Program-made: the position numbers and the translations under genes | Notes under the pieces: model-generated | Databases searched by the model: none | What the model saw: the letters and a program-made list of their open reading frames with translations, nothing else | Told to the model about the DNA's origin: nothing | From: a virus | Taxonomy: Duplodnaviria > Heunggongvirae > Uroviricota > Caudoviricetes | Strand: one strand, 5' to 3' | DNA: 33,490 nt | IMG/VR virus record: IMGVR_UViG_2667527975_000008 | Shown here: piece after piece, positions 1 through 9,329 of the stretch | How positions within the stretch are numbered: the first letter of the stretch is position 1 | Layout of the letters: every line of letters begins with the position of its first letter

Positions 1-1362
1 ATGTTTAAACCGGAACTCCTTTCCCCGGCGGGAACGCTGAAAAATATGCGTTACGCTTTCGCTTATGGCGCAGATGCTGTTTATGCGGGCCAGCCGCGTT
101 ACTCCCTGCGTGTGCGCAACAACGAATTCAACCACGAAAATCTTCAACTCGGCATTAACGAAGCCCACGCGCTGGGGAAAAAGTTTTATGTCGTGGTCAA
201 CATTGCACCGCACAACGCCAAGCTGAAAACCTTTATCCGTGACCTGAAACCGGTGGTGGAAATGGGGCCGGATGCGCTGATTATGTCCGATCCAGGGCTG
301 ATTATGCTGGTGCGTGAGCACTTCCCTGAAATGCCGATCCATCTCTCGGTACAGGCTAACGCCGTGAACTGGGCGACGGTGAAATTCTGGCAGCAAATGG
401 GCCTGACCCGCGTGATCCTCTCTCGCGAACTGTCACTGGAAGAGATTGAAGAGATCCGCAATCAGGTGCCGGATATGGAAATCGAAATCTTCGTTCACGG
501 CGCGCTGTGCATGGCCTACTCCGGTCGCTGCCTGCTCTCTGGCTATATCAACAAGCGCGACCCGAACCAGGGCACCTGCACCAACGCCTGCCGCTGGGAG
601 TACAACGTCCAGGAAGGGAAAGAAGATGACGTTGGCAACATCGTACACAAGTACGAGCCGATTCCGGTGCAAAATGTTGAGCCGACGCTGGGTATCGGCG
701 CGCCAACCGACAAAGTGTTTATGATCGAAGAAGCCCAGCGTCCGGGCGAGTATATGACCGCGTTTGAAGATGAGCACGGCACTTACATCATGAACTCGAA
801 AGATCTGCGCGCCATCGCCCATGTTGAACGCCTGACCAAAATGGGCGTGCATTCGCTGAAAATCGAAGGCCGTACCAAATCTTTCTACTATTGCGCACGC
901 ACCGCGCAGGTTTACCGTAAAGCTATCGATGACGCCGCTGCGGGCAAACCGTTCGATACCAGCCTGCTGGAAACTCTGGAAGGTCTGGCGCATCGTGGCT
1001 ATACCGAAGGTTTCCTGCGTCGTCATACTCACGACGATTATCAGAACTACGAATACGGTTATTCAGTTTCTGACCGCCAGCAGTTTGTTGGTGAGTTTAC
1101 CGGTGAGCGCAAGGGGGACCTCGCGGCGGTAGCGGTGAAAAATAAATTCTCCGTTGGCGACAGCCTTGAGCTAATGACGCCGCAAGGCAACATTAACTTT
1201 ACCCTTGAGCACATGGAAAACGCCAAAGGTGAAGCTATGCCGGTCGCACCAGGCGATGGTTATACTGTGTGGCTCCCGGTGCCGCAGGATCTTGAGCTAA
1301 ATTACGCGCTGCTGATGCGTAATTTCTCCGGGGAAACCACGCGTAACCCCCACGGTAAGTGA
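1..1362 (+). CDS. yegQ: Peptidase U32 family protein YegQ (TrhP, tRNA hydroxylation), host gene
   Basis: 453-aa ORF matching E. coli YegQ in length and sequence character (Cys-rich U32 motifs); it precedes cyaR as in E. coli K-12. Confidence 0.85.
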   Translation: MFKPELLSPAGTLKNMRYAFAYGADAVYAGQPRYSLRVRNNEFNHENLQLGINEAHALGKKFYVVVNIAPHNAKLKTFIRDLKPVVEMGPDALIMSDPGLIMLVREHFPEMPIHLSVQANAVNWATVKFWQQMGLTRVILSRELSLEEIEEIRNQVPDMEIEIFVHGALCMAYSGRCLLSGYINKRDPNQGTCTNACRWEYNVQEGKEDDVGNIVHKYEPIPVQNVEPTLGIGAPTDKVFMIEEAQRPGEYMTAFEDEHGTYIMNSKDLRAIAHVERLTKMGVHSLKIEGRTKSFYYCARTAQVYRKAIDDAAAGKPFDTSLLETLEGLAHRGYTEGFLRRHTHDDYQNYEYGYSVSDRQQFVGEFTGERKGDLAAVAVKNKFSVGDSLELMTPQGNINFTLEHMENAKGEAMPVAPGDGYTVWLPVPQDLELNYALLMRNFSGETTRNPHGK

Positions 1363-1391
1363 TTAATTTCGATTATTTTTCCCGGATGGAA

Positions 1392-1446
1392 AATTCTTAG
1401 AAACCGATCACATACAGCTGCATTTATTAAGGTTATCATCCGTTTC
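1392..1446 (+). promoter_or_regulatory. cyaR promoter: -10 TATCAT at 1434..1439 and putative class II CRP half-site TCACA at 1408..1412
   Basis: TATCAT ends 8 nt upstream of the inferred CyaR 5' end (1447); TCACA half-site centred near -42. Read by eye, not scored. Confidence 0.45.
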
Positions 1447-1533
1447 GCTGAAAAACATAACCCATAAAATGCTAGCTGTACCAGGAACCACCTCCTTAGC
1501 CTGTGTAATCTCCCTTCCACGGGCTTATTTTTT
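1447..1533 (+). ncRNA. cyaR: CyaR (RyeE) small RNA; its 3' end overlaps the prophage att core
   Basis: Sequence gctgaaaaacataacccataaaatgctagctgtaccaggaaccacctccttagcctgtgtaatctccctt..cacgggcttatttttt matches the CyaR sRNA recalled from memory, including the terminator stem and U-tract. Confidence 0.85.
1507..1533. repeat. Prophage att core, ogr-proximal (P2-like 27-bp core)
   Basis: aatctcccttccacgggcttatttttt is the reverse complement of the P2 core AAAAAATAAGCCCGTGTAAGGGAGATT with 1 mismatch; a direct-repeat copy lies at 32818..32844. Confidence 0.8.
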
Positions 1534-1597
1534 ACGCGTAATACAATGAAATAAAAGGATTTATTTCTGGTCACGTCCACACATTGACCACATCGAC

Positions 1598-1628
1598 AAA
1601 AAAGCCCCTCGACTGAGGGGCTATTTTT
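1598..1628 (-). terminator. Rho-independent terminator downstream of ogr (bidirectional hairpin)
   Basis: Stem gcccctc / gaggggc with a 4-nt loop, flanked by an A-run on one side and a T-run on the other, immediately after the ogr stop. Confidence 0.7.
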
Positions 1629-1632
1629 GTGA

Positions 1633-1851
1633 TCACATCCACATAATTTGCTGCCCTGACGGCAACGGGTGCGGCCTCACGGCGTGGACTTCTCCCGGCT
1701 TCACGATGTATCGCTGTACCGACTCATAAGTGATGAACGTGGCGCTGCAATTCACGTTCTGACACTGGTGATAACGCTCTTTTGTCGTGTCAGTGATATA
1801 GCGACTTGTACGCGCATGTGCGGCATGCTGGCATAAAGGACAATGAAACAT
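1633..1851 (-). CDS. ogr: Ogr, zinc-finger late-gene transcription activator
   Basis: 72-aa product MFHCPLCQHAAHARTSRYITDTT...CQNVNC with the C4 zinc finger; I placed the start at the internal Met (1851), because the track ORF has an N-terminal extension. Confidence 0.9.
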   Translation of the reverse strand: MFHCPLCQHAAHARTSRYITDTTKERYHQCQNVNCSATFITYESVQRYIVKPGEVHAVRPHPLPSGQQIMWM

Positions 1852-1932
1852 CGCGAGCACCTCTTCCGGTTTTGTTGATGGTGCCATTTTAGTTAATTTA
1901 TCCTTATAAAACAAACAGATAAAACAAAAACA

Positions 1933-3096
1933 TCACTCATCATCTTCTGTTTCGTACTCCACATCAGAAAGCCTGACCTCAAGCTCTAAGGACGTCGTGA
2001 AGCCGCTATTATTCAGAAAATGTGTCACCTTAGTGATTGTCCAGTCCTGCTCGTCTATGACGCGCTTAAAGCCAGACACTTTGACCGGTGTTTCCGTGTA
2101 AATATCTGCCCGACCGGTAGCCAGGCTGATGGAGAACTCCGCAACGCCCCGTTGCAGTTTATCCCACTTCGCCTGAGCGGCGCGCATGGCCTGCGCTTTC
2201 GTGGCATATACCGTGGTCAGGGCAAAAACGTTGTCAGCCTCACCGGCCATGTATTCACCTTCACGCGCTTCCGGTACTTTAGGCGCTTTCTTCTGCCTGA
2301 CCGGTTTCGCTTTCGGGTGCTCCAGTGCGCGCAGGTGTTTCTCTTTCTTTTTGCGTTTCAGTTTTACCTTCTGCTTTTGAGGCTTCGGGTCTTTGGTGTG
2401 TAGCCATTTTGCCGTTACACCGGTGTAGGCTCCACGGTCAGCAATCGCAAAATGATGGCGGTCGCCGTCGCTGCGGGTTATGGTGACCTGCGGGATTTTT
2501 TTACCGCTGGCCGTCACTCCCTGCCCCGCTTTGAGAAACAACAGTTTTCCCATTTTTACCGACACCTCACCGCCGTTGCGTTCAGCAAGGCGGGTCAGGA
2601 ATTTTGCATCAGACTCCTGCGACTGGTCGATGTGCGGGATTTTAATTCCGGCCAGTGACGGCGCGACACTGGCTTCCAGCCTGTTACGGGAGGCTATCAC
2701 CTCAACAATCGCACCGAGCGTGGTGTCATGCCAGGAGCCTTCACGGCGGGAATTGAGCGTCCCGCGGAAATCTGCACTCCGGGCGCGGATGGTAACCACA
2801 TCCGGCGCGCCCCGGTGTTCAACCTCATCAACGGTAAATTTCCCTTTGCATACCAGGGCAAAACCTTTCCAGCCGATATACACCGTCAGGACAGCGCCAC
2901 GAATCGGTAGCCCGACCTGCCCGTCGGCGTCGTTCAGTTCAATATCAAGCTGGTCAGCCTCAAAGCCCCGGTTATCCGTCAGGGTCATGCTCATCAGACG
3001 GTCGCTGATATTGCCGGTAATATCCCTGCTGTCGAGCATCAGCATGTAATCCGGCGTCAGCGTACTGCCTGCATCAAATGTCAGCGCATCCAGCAT
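1933..3096 (-). CDS. D: Tail protein D (late control gene D)
   Basis: 387-aa ORF with the lysine-rich central linker typical of P2 gpD; position between ogr and U. Confidence 0.9.
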   Translation of the reverse strand: MLDALTFDAGSTLTPDYMLMLDSRDITGNISDRLMSMTLTDNRGFEADQLDIELNDADGQVGLPIRGAVLTVYIGWKGFALVCKGKFTVDEVEHRGAPDVVTIRARSADFRGTLNSRREGSWHDTTLGAIVEVIASRNRLEASVAPSLAGIKIPHIDQSQESDAKFLTRLAERNGGEVSVKMGKLLFLKAGQGVTASGKKIPQVTITRSDGDRHHFAIADRGAYTGVTAKWLHTKDPKPQKQKVKLKRKKKEKHLRALEHPKAKPVRQKKAPKVPEAREGEYMAGEADNVFALTTVYATKAQAMRAAQAKWDKLQRGVAEFSISLATGRADIYTETPVKVSGFKRVIDEQDWTITKVTHFLNNSGFTTSLELEVRLSDVEYETEDDE

Positions 3097-3575
3097 TATC
3101 CCGCCTCCGTCATACCCGTGAATTTAGTCGCCATACTGCCAGCCTTACCGATGAGCGATTCCGCCTGTTTACCGATATCGCCATAAAGCGCGGCCAGTGA
3201 TTCATCAACGCGGGTGAGCGACAGCGTAAAATCAATTTTTCGGGGTGTGCCGTCTGCAAAGAAAATACTCCCTGTTTCACTCACCTTACTGATGACATAC
3301 ATGCCGTAAATCATGCCGGTGCCATCCAGCAACGGCCACGCCCGACCTTCCTCTGCCATCAGCCTGAGCGTGGTCATCGTCAGCTTGCCGCCGGTCAGTT
3401 CGGGATAAAGCACACCGGCCAGCGTGATGTTTTCCTCACCCACACCGAGAAACTGAAAGGCATCCCGTTTGCCGATACGGGAATTTGACGGCCAGCGATA
3501 ATCTGATTCACGCTGCATGGTCTGGTGTGGCAGCGTCTGGCGCATAAAAACAAACATACCTAACGCGAGCATCAT
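3096..3575 (-). CDS. U: Tail protein U
   Basis: 159-aa ORF in the gpU position; stop overlaps the D start. Confidence 0.85.
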   Translation of the reverse strand: MMLALGMFVFMRQTLPHQTMQRESDYRWPSNSRIGKRDAFQFLGVGEENITLAGVLYPELTGGKLTMTTLRLMAEEGRAWPLLDGTGMIYGMYVISKVSETGSIFFADGTPRKIDFTLSLTRVDESLAALYGDIGKQAESLIGKAGSMATKFTGMTEAG

Positions 3576-3589
3576 TTTTCGTCACCTCC

Positions 3590-6037
3590 TTAACCGTCAT
3601 GCATCATGCTGGCACGGGCGCGCGCACGTTTATCCCGCTCGTATTTTTCGAGCGCATCCTGTAACTGGCGGTCGAGCTGAGTCCCCGGTGCAGTACCGCC
3701 CGTCAGACTGATGTGATATTCGTTTTTACTCTGGTCCACATAAGAGCGGCCAGCCGGTGCCGTGACTGGCTGATAAGCCTGATAGCCTGCATAAGAGCTG
3801 GTCGCCGGAATATAACCACCGGTACCATACGTGGCGGCATGAGTCCTTGCGGCGGTCTGGTCAAGTGTGTCTGACTCTTTGTTGATAACACCGAGTTTTT
3901 CCAGTACCCAGTCAATACCGCTGCGCAGTTTGTTGAACGCATTAAGCGGCAGCATCAACGCGTCAGCCAGCGCCTGCCCGAACATGACGCCCGTGTCACG
4001 GCAACGGTTCAGGGTGTCCTGTGTGGCTTTAACCGGGGCAATCAGGTTTGTAAACCACTGCCACGCGGCCTGTAACTTTTCGCCCAGCCAGTCAAACACC
4101 GGCTTAAGTGGCGTGAAAAGTTCCCCCACCGGCGCAAATGCCGCTTTCAGCCCTTCAACCACACCGCCAAAGAATGCGCTGACAGGCTCCCAGTATTTAC
4201 GGATAAGCAACGCCCCGGCGACAATGGCGGCCACCACGGCCACAACCGGCCAGCTAATAGCCCCGATGGCGGTCATAACAGCACTGCCAACCGTCGTGAA
4301 GACTGCCCCCATTGCGCCTGCTGCCGCGATGATGGCATTGATGCCGGTGATAACCGGCCAGGCTACGAGGCCAATGGCACCGATGATGCCAGTAAGCGCC
4401 AGCGCGCCACCGGCAATGATGCCGATGGTTGACGCCAGTGATTTGTTTTTCTGGATCCAGCCGTCGAGTTTTAACACATACTTTGTGGCCGTCTGCGTGA
4501 GCTTACGCAGCGCGCCTTCCTGCTGGTCAAACAGGTCAGTCCCCACTGCCTCATAAGCGGACTGAAACTCTTTAAAGTCACCGCCTAGGTTGTCCTGCAT
4601 GATATTTACCAGCTCGGCAGTCTTCCCGTCTGAGGCTTTAAACGCAGCGGTCAGTTTGTCCAGCTTTCCGGTTGATGCGGCAGTCATCAGCACGGCGGCG
4701 GCTGAGCTGGCCTCCTCCCCGAAAATAGTTTTCATGTATTCAGCCTGCTGGGCAGTACCGAGCCGGTTTTTCTCAAAACTGGCCTGCATTTCTTTCAGAA
4801 TGGTAAATACTGGTCGGGTGTTTCCCTTGCTGTCTGAGGTTTTCACTCCAAGCTCTTTGAGTGCATCCCATGCTTTTCCCGTCGGTGCCTGCAGGCGGCT
4901 TAACACGGCACGGCTTCCCGTCCCCGCCATTGAGCCTGTGATTTTTGCATCATGCAGCGCCCCGACCATTGCGGCGGTTTCTTCAATGCTGACACCGGCA
5001 TTTTTTGCCACAGGTGCGGCATAGGTCAGCGCATCGCTCATGCCGTCAAAATCGGCGGCGGTTTTGTTCATCGTCATGGAGAGAACATCCCCGATATGAG
5101 CGACCTTATCGTTTGAAAGCTGAAAGGCGGATTTCATCCCCATCAGCAGGGCGGCGTTTTCTTCCATCGTGCGGCGGTTCGCCAGCGCCATATTCAGCGT
5201 GACCGGCGTTGCCGCCTGAATAGCCGCAGCATCTCCACCCGCTTTCGCAATGATAATCTGCGCACCGGCCGCATCATCTGCCGAGGCTGCGGTATTGTCG
5301 CCGAGCTGGCGCGCCTGTTTGCGGAGCGCGGCCATTTCGGCGGAATCTTTTGCCACACCGAGCACGGCCTGCAATTCTGAGTTTTTCTGCGCAAACTCAT
5401 AACCGGGCATCAGCAGCTTAACTCCGGCCATCGTTCCCGCCGCCGCAATCCCCACACCGGCAGCGCCCACCGAGGCCATATTTCCGGCCAGTTCTTTTCC
5501 GGCCTGATAACGCTGTTTTACTGCGTTAAGTTTTGCCTGTTGTGCACTGACACGCGCCAGCGCATCACGCTGCCGGTTAAGCTGTGCGGTGGTTTCACTG
5601 ATACGGTTTTTCAGTCCCTGCTCATCATGTGCAAGATTGCGGGTATTAATTCCCACAGCGGCCAGTTCCCGCTGCTGGCGTTTAACAGAATCCGTCAGGC
5701 GGTTATATTTCGCCTGTAAGTCCTCCGCCGCACGCTTTGCGGATTCCAGCACTTTCGCCTGAGCACGGGTCGGACGTTCGGTATTTTTAAACTGTGTGGC
5801 AAGGGCTTCGGCTTCCTGCCGTGCCTTTTCAAGTGCATGACCAGTCACGGCGAGCTGTGCACTGGTCTTGCGGAATCCCTCAATACGGGATGCGTGACCG
5901 TTCAGCTCGCGCAGTGATTTTTGTGTTTCCCGGATATCCCCCGACAGCGACTTGCTCGCTGTGCGGATGGATTTAAACGGGCGGGATGCCTGGTCAACAG
6001 CCCTGAGCAATACCTGTAATTTTACATTGTTACTCAT
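3590..6037 (-). CDS. T: Tail tape measure protein T
   Basis: 815-aa ORF with coiled-coil N-terminus and Gly/Ala-rich hydrophobic segments typical of tape measure proteins; position between E and U. Confidence 0.9.
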   Translation of the reverse strand: MSNNVKLQVLLRAVDQASRPFKSIRTASKSLSGDIRETQKSLRELNGHASRIEGFRKTSAQLAVTGHALEKARQEAEALATQFKNTERPTRAQAKVLESAKRAAEDLQAKYNRLTDSVKRQQRELAAVGINTRNLAHDEQGLKNRISETTAQLNRQRDALARVSAQQAKLNAVKQRYQAGKELAGNMASVGAAGVGIAAAGTMAGVKLLMPGYEFAQKNSELQAVLGVAKDSAEMAALRKQARQLGDNTAASADDAAGAQIIIAKAGGDAAAIQAATPVTLNMALANRRTMEENAALLMGMKSAFQLSNDKVAHIGDVLSMTMNKTAADFDGMSDALTYAAPVAKNAGVSIEETAAMVGALHDAKITGSMAGTGSRAVLSRLQAPTGKAWDALKELGVKTSDSKGNTRPVFTILKEMQASFEKNRLGTAQQAEYMKTIFGEEASSAAAVLMTAASTGKLDKLTAAFKASDGKTAELVNIMQDNLGGDFKEFQSAYEAVGTDLFDQQEGALRKLTQTATKYVLKLDGWIQKNKSLASTIGIIAGGALALTGIIGAIGLVAWPVITGINAIIAAAGAMGAVFTTVGSAVMTAIGAISWPVVAVVAAIVAGALLIRKYWEPVSAFFGGVVEGLKAAFAPVGELFTPLKPVFDWLGEKLQAAWQWFTNLIAPVKATQDTLNRCRDTGVMFGQALADALMLPLNAFNKLRSGIDWVLEKLGVINKESDTLDQTAARTHAATYGTGGYIPATSSYAGYQAYQPVTAPAGRSYVDQSKNEYHISLTGGTAPGTQLDRQLQDALEKYERDKRARARASMMHDG

Positions 6038-6457
6038 TCGTGTTTCCGCTTCGCCGGAGCGCCTTTTCGCGCCATGTGATGAGTTCGGTCAGGCTCATGG
6101 GATACAGTTCTGATGGCGGCCAGTGAAATATCACTGCCACATCCGCCATCAGGTCATCGACCGACAGATTTTTCGGGAACGTTACTGCACCGAGTTCGGC
6201 GACAAAAAACCGACCACCTTACCGGCCAGCGCCACAAGGTCAGGCAGTTCCAGTGCGGCGACTTCCTGCTCGGTCAGCATCGGTGCCGTCATGCGCGGCA
6301 GCACCTTAATCAGTGCATCGACTTCGGAGTTTGCGACCGCAGCCAGACTGACACCGCGCAGCGTCCCGGCGTTAGGTTTCATCAGCGTGACCTGTTCGAT
6401 AACCTGCTCACCACGTTTGACCGGATTGTCCAGGGTAATGACGTTTTCTTTGTTCAT
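6030..6457 (-). CDS. E': Tail assembly chaperone E+E', made by programmed -1 ribosomal frameshift at T_TTT_TTG (plus-strand caaaaaa, 6203..6209)
   Basis: Hand translation of the -1 frame after the slippery site gives VAELGAVTFPKNLSVDDLMADVAVIFHWPPSELYPMSLTELITWREKALRRSGNTNE*, ending at 6030 and overlapping the T start (ATGAGTAA). Confidence 0.8.
6182..6457 (-). CDS. E: Tail assembly chaperone E
   Basis: 91-aa ORF ending ...KVVGFLSPNSVQ; contains the slippery heptamer used for E'. Confidence 0.9.
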   Translation of the reverse strand: MNKENVITLDNPVKRGEQVIEQVTLMKPNAGTLRGVSLAAVANSEVDALIKVLPRMTAPMLTEQEVAALELPDLVALAGKVVGFLSPNSVQ

Positions 6458-6513
6458 GGTTTTCTCACTTCTGAATCGGGGTTAACCGGTCAGCCTGACT
6501 GACCGGATGAAAA

Positions 6514-7032
6514 TTACAGGCCGATATTGCGGCGGTGTTGCTCCAGCCGGTCGACGCCGTTCACCTTCTCAATCATGTTGATGGTGTCAATTTCGACCAG
6601 CTCCTTACCGTCCATCGTCAGCCGGAAATAGGTGCAGACCACGGAGATTTTCGACTCAGTGTCTTCTCCCTGTTTACCCTCGCCGGTGTCGATTTCTTTC
6701 TGACGTCCACGCATGACCACTTCGACGGCCACCGTTTCGCCGGTATCGTCGCGCTGGTAAGAGCCTGCAAAACGAATCGGCACGGCATCCACACCGGTTG
6801 CGGCGTAAAGCTCCCAGATAACCGAATCCGGGAAGCCACCGAGCGACCACTCCATTGACAGCGCATCGTCATCAAGGCCGAGGTCTACCGGTGCGCTGCC
6901 GTTCATCCCCGCACCGCGATAGTTTTCGAGTTTACGGGTCAGTTTTGGCAGCGTGACGGACTTTGCAACGCCCTGATAGCTGTAGCCGTTCAGAAAGACG
7001 TTCATTAACTTGAGTTTGCGCGGCATTGCCAT
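6514..7032 (-). CDS. FII: Tail tube protein FII
   Basis: 172-aa ORF in the conserved FI-FII-E-T order. Confidence 0.9.
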   Translation of the reverse strand: MAMPRKLKLMNVFLNGYSYQGVAKSVTLPKLTRKLENYRGAGMNGSAPVDLGLDDDALSMEWSLGGFPDSVIWELYAATGVDAVPIRFAGSYQRDDTGETVAVEVVMRGRQKEIDTGEGKQGEDTESKISVVCTYFRLTMDGKELVEIDTINMIEKVNGVDRLEQHRRNIGL

Positions 7033-7044
7033 CGGTCAGGCTCC

Positions 7045-8235
7045 TTAATTGCTGTTAACCGAGGTGACCAGATTTGCCAGGTATTTATCGGTAATACGCT
7101 GGCGCAGGGTCAGGTTTTCAAGAGGAGGCACCGGGGTATAGTCGTAGTCGATATACAGTTTTCCGGCCTTGAGGGTTTCCGCATCGTTGGATTCTTCGCT
7201 GAACCAGCAGGTCGCATCCACGATATAGCCGTTTGTTTTCAGCTCACGGAATTTGGCATTGATGCCGTCAACGATGTCGCGAATCAGCGTTGCAGTGATG
7301 GGCTTGTCCACCGCCCACATGTGCGCCTCAGCCATCGTGTCGGCCAGCACCTGCGCGGTGCGGGTGTAGTTTTCAAAGAGGAACAGCGGGTCATCAGAGC
7401 AGGTACGGTTACCCCAGAATCGGAAACCGTCGCGGCGAATCAGCGTAGTGACGCCTGACTCGTTAAGCAGGTCAGCATCGGTGCCGGACTCCTGCAAATC
7501 CCAGAATACAGATGCGCTGATGCCGGTAACACCGTTCACCCCGACGTTGGACAGCGTTTTATGCCAGCCCTGCTCCTGGTCGATTTTAGCGCGCAGCCCC
7601 AGCGCACGAGCGGTGGCATACGCGGTGGCGGTGGTACTGGTGACCGTATCCCATGCGAGGAAATCCGGCCAGATGACCATCAGCTCACGCTGGCTGAAAT
7701 TCTGGCGGTAGGCTTTCACCTCGGAAATGGTCTTACAGCCCCATGCGCTGATATACCCGAAAGCGCGCAGCTTCTGACAGACTGATGCCAGTGCTACAGC
7801 CACCTCTTTGGTATCCAGTCCCGGCACACCAAGAATACGCGGTTTAACACCGGTTACCGACTCCGCCGCCAGCAGGGCTTTCAGTCCGGTGTACTGACCG
7901 TTTTCGTCAGTGGTGCCGATGATATTGGAAACGGTCTGCGCAAGTTTCGTTTCTTCGTCGTCGCCGGTGCCGTCCTCCACGCGCACAACAACGGTGACCG
8001 GTTTTGACTGGTCGGCGATAGCCTGCAACGATGCCGCCAGCGTGCCTTTTTTACCGGCCTTTGCAATTGCGCTCTGCACATTGGTAATCAGCACCGGTTT
8101 ATTGAGGGGGAAGGTTTCCGCATCCGCATCGCTGGCCGTGCAGACCATGCCAACAATGGCAGTGGATACGGTGGAAATGACACGGGTGCCGTCGTTAATC
8201 TCCAGCACCTGCACGCCGTGATGATAGTCACTCAT
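7045..8235 (-). CDS. FI: Contractile tail sheath protein FI
   Basis: 396-aa ORF matching the P2 sheath protein in size and position. Confidence 0.9.
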   Translation of the reverse strand: MSDYHHGVQVLEINDGTRVISTVSTAIVGMVCTASDADAETFPLNKPVLITNVQSAIAKAGKKGTLAASLQAIADQSKPVTVVVRVEDGTGDDEETKLAQTVSNIIGTTDENGQYTGLKALLAAESVTGVKPRILGVPGLDTKEVAVALASVCQKLRAFGYISAWGCKTISEVKAYRQNFSQRELMVIWPDFLAWDTVTSTTATAYATARALGLRAKIDQEQGWHKTLSNVGVNGVTGISASVFWDLQESGTDADLLNESGVTTLIRRDGFRFWGNRTCSDDPLFLFENYTRTAQVLADTMAEAHMWAVDKPITATLIRDIVDGINAKFRELKTNGYIVDATCWFSEESNDAETLKAGKLYIDYDYTPVPPLENLTLRQRITDKYLANLVTSVNSN

Positions 8236-8294
8236 CCGTTTAACTCCGTGGTTAATGGGTGAGTGATATTTTCAGTTGTGCCGGAGATGTCAGG

Positions 8295-8888
8295 CTATTT
8301 GTCCCGGTTGGCTAAGGGATGACACAATTTATTCTTTGTCGCTGATGAGGGGAATTTTTTATAGAGCGTGGACAGGCCAATATCAAAAATCAGCGCCACG
8401 CGTTGACGTGATTCACCCGCAGCCAGCAACCGTCCTGCCTGTTCCCACTCACTCGCGGTGAGCTTCGGACGTCTGCCACCAATACGACCTTTAGCTCTGG
8501 CCGCTTCCAGTCCGGCGCGTGTCCGCTCGACAATGAGTTCTCGTTCCATTTCAGCCAGGGCACCCATCACATGAAAGAAAAAACGCCCCATCGGCGTGCT
8601 GGTATCAATAGCATCCGTCAGGCTGCGAAAATTAACGCCGCGTTCGCGCAGTTCCTCAACCAGAATGACCAGATGCCGCATACTACGCCCCAGCCTGTCC
8701 AGCTTCCAGACCACCAGTGTATCCCCCTCCGATAATGTCCTGAGCAGTTTTTTCAGTCCCGGTCGGTCGGACTTAGTGCCGCTGATTTTATCCTCAAAAA
8801 TCAGCTCACATCCTGCGCACTCCAGCGCGTTACGCTGCAATTCCGTGTTCTGGTCATTTGTTGACACGCGTACATAGCCAATAAGCAT
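8295..8888 (-). CDS. Serine recombinase / DNA invertase (Gin/Cin/Pin/Hin family) for tail-fibre switching
   Basis: Product MLIGYVRVSTNDQNTELQRNAL...VVWKLDRLGRSM...MGRFFFHVMGALAEMERELI...GGRRPKL with C-terminal HTH; the catalytic Ser motif and near-identity to Gin over the N-terminal 140 aa are recognisable by eye. Start taken at the second Met; the track ORF starts 6 nt upstream (8894). Confidence 0.9.
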   Translation of the reverse strand: MLIGYVRVSTNDQNTELQRNALECAGCELIFEDKISGTKSDRPGLKKLLRTLSEGDTLVVWKLDRLGRSMRHLVILVEELRERGVNFRSLTDAIDTSTPMGRFFFHVMGALAEMERELIVERTRAGLEAARAKGRIGGRRPKLTASEWEQAGRLLAAGESRQRVALIFDIGLSTLYKKFPSSATKNKLCHPLANRDK

Positions 8889-8943
8889 GAGCATCCCCCT
8901 GAATAAAAACCGGAGATGATGCCAGTTGCCCGTTATCTCTGCA

Positions 8944-8969
8944 TTTTCATAAACGTTGGTTTGGGAGAA
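8944..8969. repeat. Invertase crossover site, left (gix/cix-like 26 bp)
   Basis: ttttcataaacgttggtttgggagaa; reverse complement TTCTCCCAAACC-AA-CGTTTATGAAAA. The half-site TTCTCCCAAACC is shared, in inverted orientation, with the site at 10830..10855. Confidence 0.75.
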
Positions 8970-9308
8970 GCGGCTAAAAGGAATGTAGGGACAGGGGCGA
9001 ATCAGATACCTGATATGGGTAGCTTCACGCTTTCTGTTTCAGGTACTGGATATCAAAAATTACCATCAGGTTTTATTCTTCAGTGGGGCTCAATCGGCGC
9101 ACCAGGCATTGCACAGGATGTAGTAACCCATTTCCCGATTGCATTTCCAAACAGATGTCTGCGTGTTTTGGTCTCACAAGACTACACACCAGATAGCGGG
9201 GCTGTTGGTTATATTGCCTGTGCAGGTTTTAGTCCCGACCCGGTTAAATTTATATCCAGAGCCAGTACTCCTGGCCTCGGCGCTTCATTTTTAGCGTTAG
9301 GCTGTTAA
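8970..9308 (+). CDS. Alternative tail-fibre C-terminal segment (Hv'), silent in this orientation; no own start codon
   Basis: Open frame runs through the left crossover site (..FINVGLGE|[12 protein letters not shown]...). It would fuse to the constant part of H (..LAYLGLGE) after inversion. The track's N-terminal Met at 8916 is an ORF-caller artefact. Confidence 0.65.
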   Translation, partial: AAKRNVGTGANQIPDMGSFTLSVSGTGYQKLPSGFILQWGSIGAPGIAQDVVTHFPIAFPNRCLRVLVSQDYTPDSGAVGYIACAGFSPDPVKFISRASTPGLGASFLALGC

Positions 9309-9329
9309 TTTAGCTATATGGAGTGAAAA

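Noticed and set aside
433-1032. 199-aa minus-strand ORF, and other track ORFs inside yegQ
   Set aside because: They lie entirely antisense within, or overlap, a well-supported host gene; they are shadow ORFs typical of GC-rich coding DNA.
1302-1580. 92-aa minus-strand ORF overlapping cyaR
   Set aside because: It overlaps the sRNA and the att core, so it is not a plausible gene.
2480-5202. Multiple plus-strand ORFs (189, 229, 144, 65 aa) inside gpD and the tape measure gene
   Set aside because: They are antisense to conserved P2 late genes and have low-complexity Ser/Ala/Pro-rich translations typical of shadow frames.
8916-8969. ATG start of the 130-aa plus-strand ORF at 8916
   Set aside because: The frame is open through the invertase crossover site, so the coding segment is the promoterless alternative C-terminus of H; the upstream Met is an ORF-caller artefact.
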